Part shown: positions 9,872-18,854 of the stretch, piece by piece
Position numbering within the stretch: the first letter of the stretch is position 1
Layout: each line of letters begins with the position of its first letter
Assembly: GCA_027488815.1 (NCBI GenBank)
Contig: JAIYAX010000012.1
Location: 531,379-595,378 of the forward strand
Length of the DNA stretch: 64,000 bases
Reading direction: 5' to 3'
Origin: Cytophagaceae bacterium
GTDB taxonomy: Bacteria; Bacteroidota; Bacteroidia; Cytophagales; JAIYAX01
The notes under the pieces: generated by a model
Database searches by the model: none
The model's input: only the letters and a program-made list of their open reading frames with translations
Told to the model about the DNA's origin: nothing
Translations under genes and position numbers: made by a program

Positions 9872-11176
9872 TCAGATCATTTTTTTATCTGAATTCATAA
9901 GATGCTCAATATCAGATGCTTCGATAGGAATATCTGCCATTAAATCTACAGGGCCATTTTCAGTAATCAGAATATCATTCTCAATTCGGATCCCAATTTC
10001 CTCTTTTGGGACATAAATGCCCGGCTCGCAGGTGTACACCATGCCTGGGGCAAACGATACCGGTCGCCGTCCTACATCATGCACATCAAGGCCGAGATGG
10101 TGGGAGGTGCCATGCATGAAGTACTTTTTGTAAAGCGGTGCATCAGGGTTTTGCTTTTTCACTTCTTCTCCATCCAGTAGACCTAGCTTGATCAATTCTT
10201 CTTCCATCAGAAAGCCCACAGCTTCGTGGTATTTGTCCAAGGTGTTGCCAGGCACCAGCATACCGGTAGCAGCACGCATCACCCTCAACACAGCCTGATA
10301 AATGGCCAACTGCCTAGGATTGAATTTCCCTGAAACGGGAATGGTGCGGCTCAGATCAGAGGCATAATTGGCGTATTCACAACCAAAGTCAAGCAGCAGT
10401 ACTTCCCCTTCCCGACATATTTTGTCATTATCATTGTAGTGCAGTATACAACTGCCAGCACCGGAAGCTATGATAGGGTAGTAGGCAGGCCCTCGGGAGC
10501 GGTTCATGAGGAATTCATGCCAGATTTCAGCTTCTATTTCATGTTCACTTACACCCGGTTTCACCATAGGTAAAATGCGCAGGAAAGCTTTTCTGGTGAT
10601 ACTACAGGCTTTTTGGATAAGTTCAATCTCGGTTCGTGACTTGATGGATCGGAGTGCATTCATGATGACGGCACTACGCTCATAAGTGTGCAAGGGAAAG
10701 CGGCTTTTGACCCAGTCAATGAAGCGCTGGTCACGACTTTCTACTTCAGTGGTACTTCTTACATGTTCGTTAGTGTTGAGGTAAATGTGTTGGCAATCGG
10801 TAACCATGATTTGAAAGACCTTCTGAAACTCAGAGGTCCACATCACTTTCGGGATCCCAGAGGCTTCTTTGGCTTCTTCTTTCGTCAGTTTTTTTCCCTC
10901 CCATACTTTGATGTAGTCATTGGTCTCCCGTACAAAGAGAATTTCCCTTAAGGCAGGATCGAAATAGTCAGGGCAAATCAACAAAACCGTTTCTTCCTGA
11001 TCTATGCCGCTGAGGTAAAACAAGTCATTGTTCTGCCTGAAAGGCATTGCCCCATCAGCATTGGTGGGCATGATATCATTTGAGTGAAAGACAGCGATAC
11101 TTCCAGGCTTGAGTGCTGATTGGAAACGCTTGCGGTTTTCTATAAAGAGATCCTTTGGAATTGGAGCGTATTTCAT
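9872..11176 (-). CDS. Xaa-Pro aminopeptidase (M24B family)
   Basis: It has an aminopeptidase-P N-terminal domain and M24 metal-ligand motifs (LLDFGCEYANYASDLSRT, HGTSHHLGLDVHD, EPGIY..IGIRIEND). Confidence 0.85.
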   Translation of the reverse strand: MKYAPIPKDLFIENRKRFQSALKPGSIAVFHSNDIMPTNADGAMPFRQNNDLFYLSGIDQEETVLLICPDYFDPALREILFVRETNDYIKVWEGKKLTKEEAKEASGIPKVMWTSEFQKVFQIMVTDCQHIYLNTNEHVRSTTEVESRDQRFIDWVKSRFPLHTYERSAVIMNALRSIKSRTEIELIQKACSITRKAFLRILPMVKPGVSEHEIEAEIWHEFLMNRSRGPAYYPIIASGAGSCILHYNDNDKICREGEVLLLDFGCEYANYASDLSRTIPVSGKFNPRQLAIYQAVLRVMRAATGMLVPGNTLDKYHEAVGFLMEEELIKLGLLDGEEVKKQNPDAPLYKKYFMHGTSHHLGLDVHDVGRRPVSFAPGMVYTCEPGIYVPKEEIGIRIENDILITENGPVDLMADIPIEASDIEHLMNSDKKMI

Positions 11177-11286
11177 GGCAAATGTCTTGGCGGAAAATTC
11201 GTCATTTGATACGATGATTACAAAAGAATCCTTTTATATGGCTAATAATAAAAATTATAAGTAAATAAAAAATGTAATAATTGCAA

Positions 11287-12288
11287 TTAATGGTTTAAAG
11301 AATTCAACGGATGAAGCAGTTGTTCGTTTTGAATAGTAGTTCCACATTTAAAATGTCCCAATGGACATTCAGGTTTACCAGCGAGGCCACATGGCCTGCA
11401 AGGAAGTTTTTCATGGCTTTCGATAACAAACTTTTTCGTGCTTAACGGCCCGAATCCAAAATCCGTTGAGGTAGAGCAAAACACGGCAGCTACGGGTGCA
11501 TTCATAGCAGAAGCCAGGTGTAATGGAGCTGAGTCATTTGCATAAGTAAGCAAAGCATCTCTGATCAAAGATGCAGACTGAAGAAGGCTAAGCTTTCCGG
11601 CCAGGTTCACTGCATTTAATGGCCTGATACCTAGCAATTGCTCACAGGCCAATTGATCTGTTGTTGCGCCAATCAAATAAACATAAAGGTCCTTTGGCAA
11701 TGAACTTAACCAGGTTCCCCACTGTGCTAAAGGCAATTGTTTGCTTGCCCATACACTTCCGGGTGCAAGGCATATATAAGGAGAATGCTTGTACTTCTGA
11801 ACCGTCTCATCGTCCTGACCGGTGGGGTAAAGCCTTGGCATGGCAGGCGTGGTACCTGTCCAACTGGAGATCAATAATTGGTTGCGGTCAGTTTCATGGG
11901 TGCCTTGTTGAATCACATGTGGATAACGATGACTGAAAAACAAAGAGAAGGGGTTAACGGCAAACCCACTTTTAATCTTTGCTCCTGAAGTTACTGTAAA
12001 AAGACCACTGGAGGTGTGCCGGTGCAGGTTGATTACGGCATCATACCTGTTGGCCCGCACCTGGTTGCAGATTTTTACTAAGTTGAAAAGCTTACTCTTC
12101 TTTTTGTCCCAAATGATGACTTTGTTTAACCAGGGATGGCCTTCAAACAAACTTTCATTCCCTTTGCGAAGAAGCAGGTCGATTTTGGCCTGTGGATACA
12201 CCTGGTGCAGTTTTTCCAACACGGCGGTGGCAAGAATTACATCACCTATAAAGGCAGTCTGAATGACCAGTACGCTTTTTAACTCCAT
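11287..12288 (-). CDS. Glycosyltransferase family 9 (LPS heptosyltransferase-like)
   Basis: It has a GT9-type N-terminus (VLVIQTAFIGDVILATAVL), a DSAPLHLASAM motif and a C-terminal Cys cluster CRPCGLAGKPECPLGHFKC. Confidence 0.8.
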   Translation of the reverse strand: MELKSVLVIQTAFIGDVILATAVLEKLHQVYPQAKIDLLLRKGNESLFEGHPWLNKVIIWDKKKSKLFNLVKICNQVRANRYDAVINLHRHTSSGLFTVTSGAKIKSGFAVNPFSLFFSHRYPHVIQQGTHETDRNQLLISSWTGTTPAMPRLYPTGQDDETVQKYKHSPYICLAPGSVWASKQLPLAQWGTWLSSLPKDLYVYLIGATTDQLACEQLLGIRPLNAVNLAGKLSLLQSASLIRDALLTYANDSAPLHLASAMNAPVAAVFCSTSTDFGFGPLSTKKFVIESHEKLPCRPCGLAGKPECPLGHFKCGTTIQNEQLLHPLNSLNH

Positions 12289-12359
12289 CGCTATCAGGCC
12301 TCAAATAACGTAAAAAAAACACCTGCAGAAGGCTTATCCCTGCATGCGTTTGAAACGAT

Positions 12360-12367
12360 TATCTTTG
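12360..12367 (+). promoter_or_regulatory. Candidate Bacteroidetes -7 promoter box (TAnnTTTG)
   Basis: The sequence tatctttg lies 10 nt upstream of the M16 peptidase ATG at 12378. Confidence 0.3.
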
Positions 12368-12377
12368 TAGCTGACCT

Positions 12378-13616
12378 ATGACCGATCGAGAGGAAATTCA
12401 GCGTTATCAGCTGTCCAATGGGATTACCATCGTACACCGGCAGGTACCGCATACTAAGATCGCTCATGTTGGATTTGTTCTTGATATCGGCAGCCGTGAT
12501 GAGCAGCCGGGTCAGGAGGGTATGGCTCATTTTTGGGAACACATGGCCTTCAAGGGCACACGCACCCGTAAATCATTTCATATCATCCAGTCGCTGGAGT
12601 CAGTTGGAGGGGAGCTTAATGCCTACACCACTAAAGAAAAGGTGTGTTTTTATGCTTCTGTTCTATCCAGCTATTTTCCCCGTGCTTTTGAGCTTTTAGC
12701 GGATATCACGTTTCATTCCATCTTTCCGGAGCGTGAAATCGATAAGGAGAGGAGTGTAATTCTGGAGGAGATGAGCTTGTATGAAGATAACCCTGAAGAT
12801 GCCATCCATGATGAATTTGACGAAATTATTTTTGGCTCACATCCTCTGGGTACCAATATCCTTGGGCATCGAAGTCAAGTGGAACGTTTTAACCGGGAGG
12901 ACTTTTTACGGTTTATTTCTGAGCATTTGAATACAGGTCGTATAGTAGTTGCAGTGGTAGGCCCTGTTGATTTCCGAAAAGTAAAACAACTGGCAGAGCG
13001 GTTTCTTGCTGAAGTACCGGGTGTATTTCCCCTTCGTAAACGGGAGAGATTTACCGGCTACCGCCCAAGGCAGGTGGAGCGCCAAAGGGAGGGCTTACTA
13101 TCACATACCATAGCCGGGGCAGAAGCTCCTTCTGTAAATGACAAAGACAGGCTCCCTTATTTTATGCTGGTCAACCTTTTGGCAGGGGTAGGGATGAACT
13201 CAAGGCTTAACTTGAGTCTGAGGGAGAAGTACGGTTTGGTTTATTCCGTTGAAAGCAATTATACTCCTTACCTGGATACCGGCAGTTTCTCGATTTATTT
13301 CGCAAGTGAGCCTCAGAACCAGTCCAGGTGTTTTGAAATCATGGAAAGGGAAATCAAAAAGCTTATTGATCAGCCTTTGGGTAGTCTACAATTGCACCAT
13401 GCCCGGCGACAGCTTAAAGGACAACTGGCAATGGCAGAAGAAAGCAATGTCAACTTTATGCTAATGATGGGTAAAAGCCTGCTGGATTCCGGACGGATTG
13501 AAAGCCTCCAAGCGCTATTTGATGAAATTGACCAGATTACCGCACCAGTACTTCAATACACCGCAGCACGGTATTTACCTGCTGAACGTCTTTCTACATT
13601 GATTTATAAACCCTAA
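12378..13616 (+). CDS. M16 (pitrilysin/insulinase) family zinc peptidase
   Basis: The inverted zinc motif HFWEH (HxxEH) within GMAHFWEHMAFKGT is present, and the ~410 aa size fits the family. Confidence 0.85.
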   Translation: MTDREEIQRYQLSNGITIVHRQVPHTKIAHVGFVLDIGSRDEQPGQEGMAHFWEHMAFKGTRTRKSFHIIQSLESVGGELNAYTTKEKVCFYASVLSSYFPRAFELLADITFHSIFPEREIDKERSVILEEMSLYEDNPEDAIHDEFDEIIFGSHPLGTNILGHRSQVERFNREDFLRFISEHLNTGRIVVAVVGPVDFRKVKQLAERFLAEVPGVFPLRKRERFTGYRPRQVERQREGLLSHTIAGAEAPSVNDKDRLPYFMLVNLLAGVGMNSRLNLSLREKYGLVYSVESNYTPYLDTGSFSIYFASEPQNQSRCFEIMEREIKKLIDQPLGSLQLHHARRQLKGQLAMAEESNVNFMLMMGKSLLDSGRIESLQALFDEIDQITAPVLQYTAARYLPAERLSTLIYKP

Positions 13617-13617
13617 A

Positions 13618-14262
13618 ATGGAATTTTTACCTCCTTTAATTTCTGCATATGCTGAGCAACATAGCAGCCCGGAGACCGACTTGTTAAAAAAAATCAGCAG
13701 GGAGACACATTTGGAAGTCAATATGCCTCGCATGCTTTCAGGGCATTTGCAAGGACGGTTTCTATCGATGATTTCCCGACTTATGCAGCCAAATCTCATT
13801 GTTGAGGTGGGCACGTATACCGGATATTCGGCATTATGTCTGGCAGAAGGTTTGGCACCCCATGGGCGATTGATCACCATTGACAAAAACAAAGAGTTGG
13901 AGCAAAGAGTAAAAAATTACTTTCAACAGAGCCCATACGGGCAGCAACTGGAAATGATCTGTGCTGATGCAGCCGAATTTCTTCCCTCTTTGCAAGGGCC
14001 TGTTGATCTGGCATTTATTGATGCAGATAAACAAAACTATTCGCTGTATTTTGATCTCCTTCTGCCTAAAATGAGGTCCGGAGGACTCATGATAGCAGAT
14101 AACGTGCTATGGAGTGGTAAAGTGGTCGAGCAGGACTCATTGGTCAAGGATAAGGATACCCAGGCATTGCATGCCTTCAATGAAAAGGTCTGTAAAGAAG
14201 AGCAGATTATTCCGCTGCTTCTACCTATCAGAGATGGATTGATGATCATGCAAAAAAAGTGA
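13618..14262 (+). CDS. Class I SAM-dependent O-methyltransferase (caffeoyl-CoA OMT-like family 3)
   Basis: It has the SAM motif VEVGTYTGYSALCLAEGL and the FIDADKQNY motif. The start is 1 nt after the M16 peptidase stop. Confidence 0.8.
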   Translation: MEFLPPLISAYAEQHSSPETDLLKKISRETHLEVNMPRMLSGHLQGRFLSMISRLMQPNLIVEVGTYTGYSALCLAEGLAPHGRLITIDKNKELEQRVKNYFQQSPYGQQLEMICADAAEFLPSLQGPVDLAFIDADKQNYSLYFDLLLPKMRSGGLMIADNVLWSGKVVEQDSLVKDKDTQALHAFNEKVCKEEQIIPLLLPIRDGLMIMQKK

Positions 14263-16028
14263 TGAGAAAGGCCCTGATTTTCATTTTTTGCCTCCTCAAT
14301 TGGGGAGTGGAGGCTGGTACTTTGGTGCCCTCCAGATTGCAGTTTGCCGGAATGGATCTACAGATTGAGCCCGATGCAAGAAGGAAAATCCAGGAGAGTG
14401 TGGATCAGCTCATGATCAATGAAAAGTATTTTCAGAAAAGGTTGGAGCGCATGGCCATGTTTTTTCCTATCGTAGATCGGGTGTTTGCTGAAGAAGGCCT
14501 GCCAGAGCAATTCAAGTACCTGGCCATGCAGGAAAGCGGTCTTGTGAGCGATGCAGTATCAACCAGCAATGCAGTTGGTTTTTGGCAGTTCAAAAAGGAA
14601 TCAGCAACCGAGTTGGGTTTAAGGATAGATGATCTGGTTGATGAGCGCATGCACATCACCAGCAGCAGTAGGGGAGCAGCTAAATATCTCAAACGAAACA
14701 ATCAATACACCAAGAACTGGATATATGCTTTGATGTCTTACTACACAGGTTTGGGAGGAGCCCGCCCATTACTCAATGAAAAATATGTAGGGTCTGATAA
14801 GATGGTAATTGATGGTAAGACTCATTGGTATGTCCTCAAATTTCTGGCACATTTGGTGGCTTATGGTTCAGCTAGCATTGACCAAGTGCAAGCCCCCTAT
14901 CGGCTGGTGGAGTATACCCGATGCGGCAACATGACCATGAAGGAGATCGCAAGCTATACCCGTACAGAAGTAGACCTGCTCAAATCGTTTAACAGATGGC
15001 TAAAAGCCTTCAAAGTGCCCACAGACCGGGAGTATGCAGCTATTTTGCCATTGCAGGCAGGTGTGCAGGAGCCCCAGGGACCTTTGGCTGATCAACAAAA
15101 AGCAGAACCTTCCAAAACCAGGTCGCAGCCTCATACCCCTGATACACATCGGGAACGGCGCAAGGCAGTGAAGGAAAAACAAGGGCCTTTCACCATCAGT
15201 ATTGAATGGAACGGAATTCCGGCAGTACTAGCAACCAAAAACAGTTCCGTACAGGAGTTGGCTTTTTTTGGTGGTGTGGAGAAGTCAGCCTTCCTGAAGT
15301 ACAATGATCTGAGCCTGGCGGACAAGCTGGTGGAAGGGCAACTGTATTACCTCAAAGCTAAGAAGCGAAAAGCCTTGCTGCCTTTCCATGTGCTGGGTAA
15401 AAACGAAAGCCTTTGGGAAGTATCACAGAAGTACGGCATAAAACTGAAGCGGATTTATTGGCTGAACCGAATGGAAGAAGGGCAGACTCCTCCTGTTGGA
15501 ACAAAACTATGGCTTCGTAAAAGAAGGCCTAACCACTTGCCTCCTGAAATCATTAGCCTTGAGCGAGCTCAGGAAGAAAATGCGGATACTCAGTTCCCGG
15601 TAGTCACTCATCAACCCAAATTGGAAGAAGCACCTTTGGAAAATGACGTGCCTGAAGCCGCAAACAAACCTGCCGAGGAGCCTAAAACAGATAGTCTTGT
15701 AAGGAAACCTGAGGTTGCGGAATTTTATTTGGTTGAGAAGGGTGAGACCCTTTTCTCCATCAGTAAGCGATTTGGATTAAGCCTGGCAGAGATTAAAACC
15801 TTGAATGGACTTGAGAATGAATCCATTCGGATTGGACAGGTGCTCAGGGTAAAAAAGAGTGTACAGTCAGTACCTGCTGAATTCATCCTTCACAAAGTAC
15901 AGCCGGGTGAAACAATGTACCGTATTTCCAAGATGTACAACATTCCTGTACAGGAATTGCAACAATTGAATGGAAAATCAGACTATACTCTTACAGTAGG
16001 AGAGGTGTTGAAAATTCATTTAAAATGA
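14262..16028 (+). CDS. Lytic transglycosylase (SLT domain, MltD-like) with C-terminal LysM repeats
   Basis: It has a signal peptide, an SLT catalytic region (AMQESGL...AVGFWQF) and at least three LysM-like repeats (e.g. YLVEKGETLFSISKRFGLSLAEIKTLNGL; HKVQPGETMYRISKMYNIPVQELQQLNG). The ATG at 14262 overlaps the upstream TGA (TGATG). Confidence 0.85.
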   Translation: MRKALIFIFCLLNWGVEAGTLVPSRLQFAGMDLQIEPDARRKIQESVDQLMINEKYFQKRLERMAMFFPIVDRVFAEEGLPEQFKYLAMQESGLVSDAVSTSNAVGFWQFKKESATELGLRIDDLVDERMHITSSSRGAAKYLKRNNQYTKNWIYALMSYYTGLGGARPLLNEKYVGSDKMVIDGKTHWYVLKFLAHLVAYGSASIDQVQAPYRLVEYTRCGNMTMKEIASYTRTEVDLLKSFNRWLKAFKVPTDREYAAILPLQAGVQEPQGPLADQQKAEPSKTRSQPHTPDTHRERRKAVKEKQGPFTISIEWNGIPAVLATKNSSVQELAFFGGVEKSAFLKYNDLSLADKLVEGQLYYLKAKKRKALLPFHVLGKNESLWEVSQKYGIKLKRIYWLNRMEEGQTPPVGTKLWLRKRRPNHLPPEIISLERAQEENADTQFPVVTHQPKLEEAPLENDVPEAANKPAEEPKTDSLVRKPEVAEFYLVEKGETLFSISKRFGLSLAEIKTLNGLENESIRIGQVLRVKKSVQSVPAEFILHKVQPGETMYRISKMYNIPVQELQQLNGKSDYTLTVGEVLKIHLK

Positions 16029-16196
16029 TGACTTACCTATAAGTAGTTTTCCACAATTGTATCCGATTCAAGGGATTACAAACGAAGCAGTGTTTGGAGT
16101 TTCCCCGTTCAGTTTTTCGACTTGACAAAATGAGGTTTAATCTTACATGACCTGTTTTTAAGGACTTGAAAACACTTTTGCCCGGTCTCAGATACC

Positions 16197-16204
16197 TACT
16201 TTTG
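16197..16204 (+). promoter_or_regulatory. Candidate -7 promoter box (TAnnTTTG)
   Basis: The sequence tacttttg lies 55 nt upstream of the response-regulator ATG at 16259. Confidence 0.3.
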
Positions 16205-16258
16205 TAACGGTTATTCAAGCATTTTTTTTGATAGCCACCAACGACCTAAGGCTAGTAC

Positions 16259-16666
16259 ATGCGAAGTGAGCGAATAAAATTGGTGATGCTGGTCGATGAT
16301 AACGATACTGATAATTTTATCAGTAGAAAGATCATTGAGATAGCTGGCTTTTGTGACCGGGTGGAAATGATGTCATCCGGTAAGAAGGCCCTGGAATACC
16401 TTGAGAGGGAGAAAAATCATCCTGATCAACTCCCTGATTTGATTTTTTTAGACATCAACATGCCCGTAGTTGATGGGTTTGTGTTTTTGTATGAGTTTGA
16501 CAAGTTTCCTTCGTCTGTCAAGGAAAAGTGTAAAGTTGCTGTTCTTTCTTCCTCCAACAACAAGTCAGATGTCAAGAGGATCATGGAAAATCCTTACGTC
16601 ATCCGTTTCATTACCAAGCCTCTAAGCACAGAAGCTCTGGCTACTTTGCCTGTTTACGTGTACTAA
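16259..16666 (+). CDS. Single-domain response regulator (receiver only, CheY-like)
   Basis: It has the acidic pocket LVDDNDTD, the phospho-acceptor context LIFLDINMP and a conserved Lys in ITKP. There is no output domain. Confidence 0.85.
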   Translation: MRSERIKLVMLVDDNDTDNFISRKIIEIAGFCDRVEMMSSGKKALEYLEREKNHPDQLPDLIFLDINMPVVDGFVFLYEFDKFPSSVKEKCKVAVLSSSNNKSDVKRIMENPYVIRFITKPLSTEALATLPVYVY

Positions 16667-18333
16667 TCAATATCCAGGCTTAAACGGGTTCTCAGCTCAT
16701 CCAGCAAGGGGTATTCCTGACTTAAGGCTTGCAACTTTTCCTTAGTGCTCATCATCGATTTACCTACCACAATCTGACCTATCCTTTTGGCTTTGATTTG
16801 ATCCAGCCCAAGTATTTTTTTGGCCTTGAAATAGGCTCTCAGGCTATCGGTCATGGAAGAAAGTTGTTTGATCTCCACTTCTGAGTCGGTGACTACCCAA
16901 AGCAGATTTTCATTTTCAAGCTCCGGTTTTGTATGCTGAAAAAACAATTGTTCAGTAAGGCGTCCCTCCATTTTCTTTAGCTCTGCAAGATCTTTCCACA
17001 GTTCATTAAGCATGTTTTGGCTTGGCTGAACTCCCTGAAGAGGTTTCTGCTCTTCATGTACCTGACCTACACTTTGTTCCTTTTGCACCAGGCTTTTCAG
17101 GCCATCGATACTGGGTAGTTTTGGAGAGGCTGAAACAGGACTTAAGTTCATTCGACTTTTAGCCACTGAGTTTGAGCTTTGAAATTCATCTTTGACCCGA
17201 ATGACGGGAGCCGTTTTAAGTGCTGCAGTTATCTTTTTTTCTTGCTCGATCTGCAATACTTGTTTCAGGTAGCTGAGTTTAATCAAGGTCAATTCGACAT
17301 GCAGTCTCTGGTTTTTGCTTATTCGGTACTGAAGCTCACAATCGGAAAGGAGTTGCAGTGCAGACACCAGCGTCGACAGGTCAATGGTTGAAGACTGATC
17401 AATGTACCGTTGTTGCAAGGTGCCCGTGAGTGGCAACAGCTTGGCTGTCTGAGGGTCTTTGCATACCATCAGGTTTCGCAAATGCTCAGAAAATCCTACT
17501 AAAAATTGATGAGCATCAAATCCATACCTCAGCACCTCATCATACAAAAGCAACATAGCAGCACTGTCACTTTTAAGGATATAGGTTACCGCTTTGAAGT
17601 AATAGTCATGATCGAGGATGTGAAGGGTATCAATGGTAAGCTTGTAGGTGATGGAGCGGTCTGAGGAAAAAGTTGAAATAAGATCGAACAAGGAGAGCGC
17701 ATCCCTCATGGCCCCGTCAGCTTTTTGAGCAATGAAATTGAGTGCCTCCGGCTCGGCATGGATATGCTCCTTTGCAGCTACTTTGATCAGGTGATTTACG
17801 ATGTCATCCTGCTGAATCCGTTTGAAATCAAAAATCTGACACCTTGAAAGTATCGTGGGAATGACTTTGTGTTTTTCAGTCGTTGCCAGAATAAAAATAG
17901 CATAAGGCGGTGGCTCCTCCAGCGTTTTTAAAAAGGCATTGAAGGCCGAATTGGAAAGCATGTGCACCTCATCGATGATATACACCTTATATTTACCATA
18001 TTGAGGCGGGTAGCGCACCTGGTCAACAAGCGCCCTGATGTCGTCAACCGAGTTGTTGGAAGCGGCATCCAGTTCATAGATGTTCATATGCCCCGGCACT
18101 CCACCAATCAAAGCCTGCTCTTGCGCCTCGTCGAAGGAGTTGATCATGCGGGCCACGATACGTGCACAGGTCGTTTTGCCAACACCTCTGGGTCCGCAGA
18201 ACAAAAAGGCCTGCGCCAGGTGGTTACTTTTAATCGCATTTACCAGAGTGGTGGTGATATGCTCCTGGCCAATGACCTCATCAAAGTCTTTAGGGCGGTA
18301 TTTCCGTGCTGATACGACAAACTGTTCCATCAC
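16663..18333 (-). CDS. dnaX: DNA polymerase III subunit gamma/tau
   Basis: It has the N-terminus RKYRP..FDEVIGQEH, Walker A GPRGVGKTT, a DEVHML box, SRC (LSRCQ) and a long C-terminal tau-type extension. Confidence 0.95.
   Translation of the reverse strand: MMEQFVVSARKYRPKDFDEVIGQEHITTTLVNAIKSNHLAQAFLFCGPRGVGKTTCARIVARMINSFDEAQEQALIGGVPGHMNIYELDAASNNSVDDIRALVDQVRYPPQYGKYKVYIIDEVHMLSNSAFNAFLKTLEEPPPYAIFILATTEKHKVIPTILSRCQIFDFKRIQQDDIVNHLIKVAAKEHIHAEPEALNFIAQKADGAMRDALSLFDLISTFSSDRSITYKLTIDTLHILDHDYYFKAVTYILKSDSAAMLLLYDEVLRYGFDAHQFLVGFSEHLRNLMVCKDPQTAKLLPLTGTLQQRYIDQSSTIDLSTLVSALQLLSDCELQYRISKNQRLHVELTLIKLSYLKQVLQIEQEKKITAALKTAPVIRVKDEFQSSNSVAKSRMNLSPVSASPKLPSIDGLKSLVQKEQSVGQVHEEQKPLQGVQPSQNMLNELWKDLAELKKMEGRLTEQLFFQHTKPELENENLLWVVTDSEVEIKQLSSMTDSLRAYFKAKKILGLDQIKAKRIGQIVVGKSMMSTKEKLQALSQEYPLLDELRTRLSLDID
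17233..17239 (-). other. Candidate -1 programmed frameshift / slippage heptamer A_AAA_AAG inside dnaX
   Basis: The minus-strand codons are GAA AAA AAG (E365 K366 K367). The -1 frame then reads GAT AAC TGC AGC ACT TAA, with the stop at 17218-17216. Confidence 0.5.
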
Positions 18334-18454
18334 TGCAAAGTAAGAGGCTGAGGGATCATTTCAAAAGCGAACCATCCACATCAGTATGCCGACTAGATCG
18401 GGCTTCATATCTGAGCCTTTCGGCCTGTTTTTTGCTATCTTTGTTGCCTACTTT

Positions 18455-18819
18455 GGGGTCGACTGGTTTTGACGGCTGGAGTATATGTGAGTATAAGCAT
18501 GTCGGGAGACGAAATGCCCTCCTGTCAAAAAGTATTTCAAAACACAACTGGCGAATCTAATTACGCCCTCGCTGCTTAATCAAGGATTAAACAGAGAGTG
18601 TCTCGCAGTCTTTCCGTCCTTTAAGGGCTGTAATCGAGGCATCGAAATTTAGGACTAGTAGGGTTGTCGTCGTGCCGGCCCTGCGAAACTCAAACGAATA
18701 AGTTGACTGTTGGCCGTTTCCAGCCTGCAGGCAATCGAAAATCAATCGGAAACTAAACATGTAGAAGGCTCATCGTATGCCTTGTTCGGACGAGGGTTCA
18801 ATTCCCTCCGACTCCACCA
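18455..18819 (+). ncRNA. ssrA: Transfer-messenger RNA (tmRNA, SsrA)
   Basis: The 5' end ggggtcgactggttttgacgg and the 3' end gagggttcaattccctccgactccacca form an acceptor stem with a G3:U pair and a T-arm. An internal tag ORF ggc gaa tct aat tac gcc ctc gct gct taa (18550-18579) encodes GESNYALAA, which is the Bacteroidetes-type tag. Confidence 0.95.
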
Positions 18820-18822
18820 CCT

Positions 18823-18854
18823 ATGCTGCTCTGTTTTCGGGGCAGCATTTTTTT
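18823..18854 (+). terminator. Hairpin terminator after ssrA
   Basis: The stem atgctgc / gcagcat (18823-18829 / 18842-18848) is followed by ttttttt. Confidence 0.65.

Noticed and set aside
16033-16218. A 61-aa basic ORF on the minus strand in the 230-nt gap between the MltD-like gene and the response regulator
   Set aside because: It starts with TTG, has no recognisable motif and lies in a region that must hold the response-regulator promoter (tacttttg at 16197). I also found only weak 4-5-bp hairpins, so I make no RNA call either.
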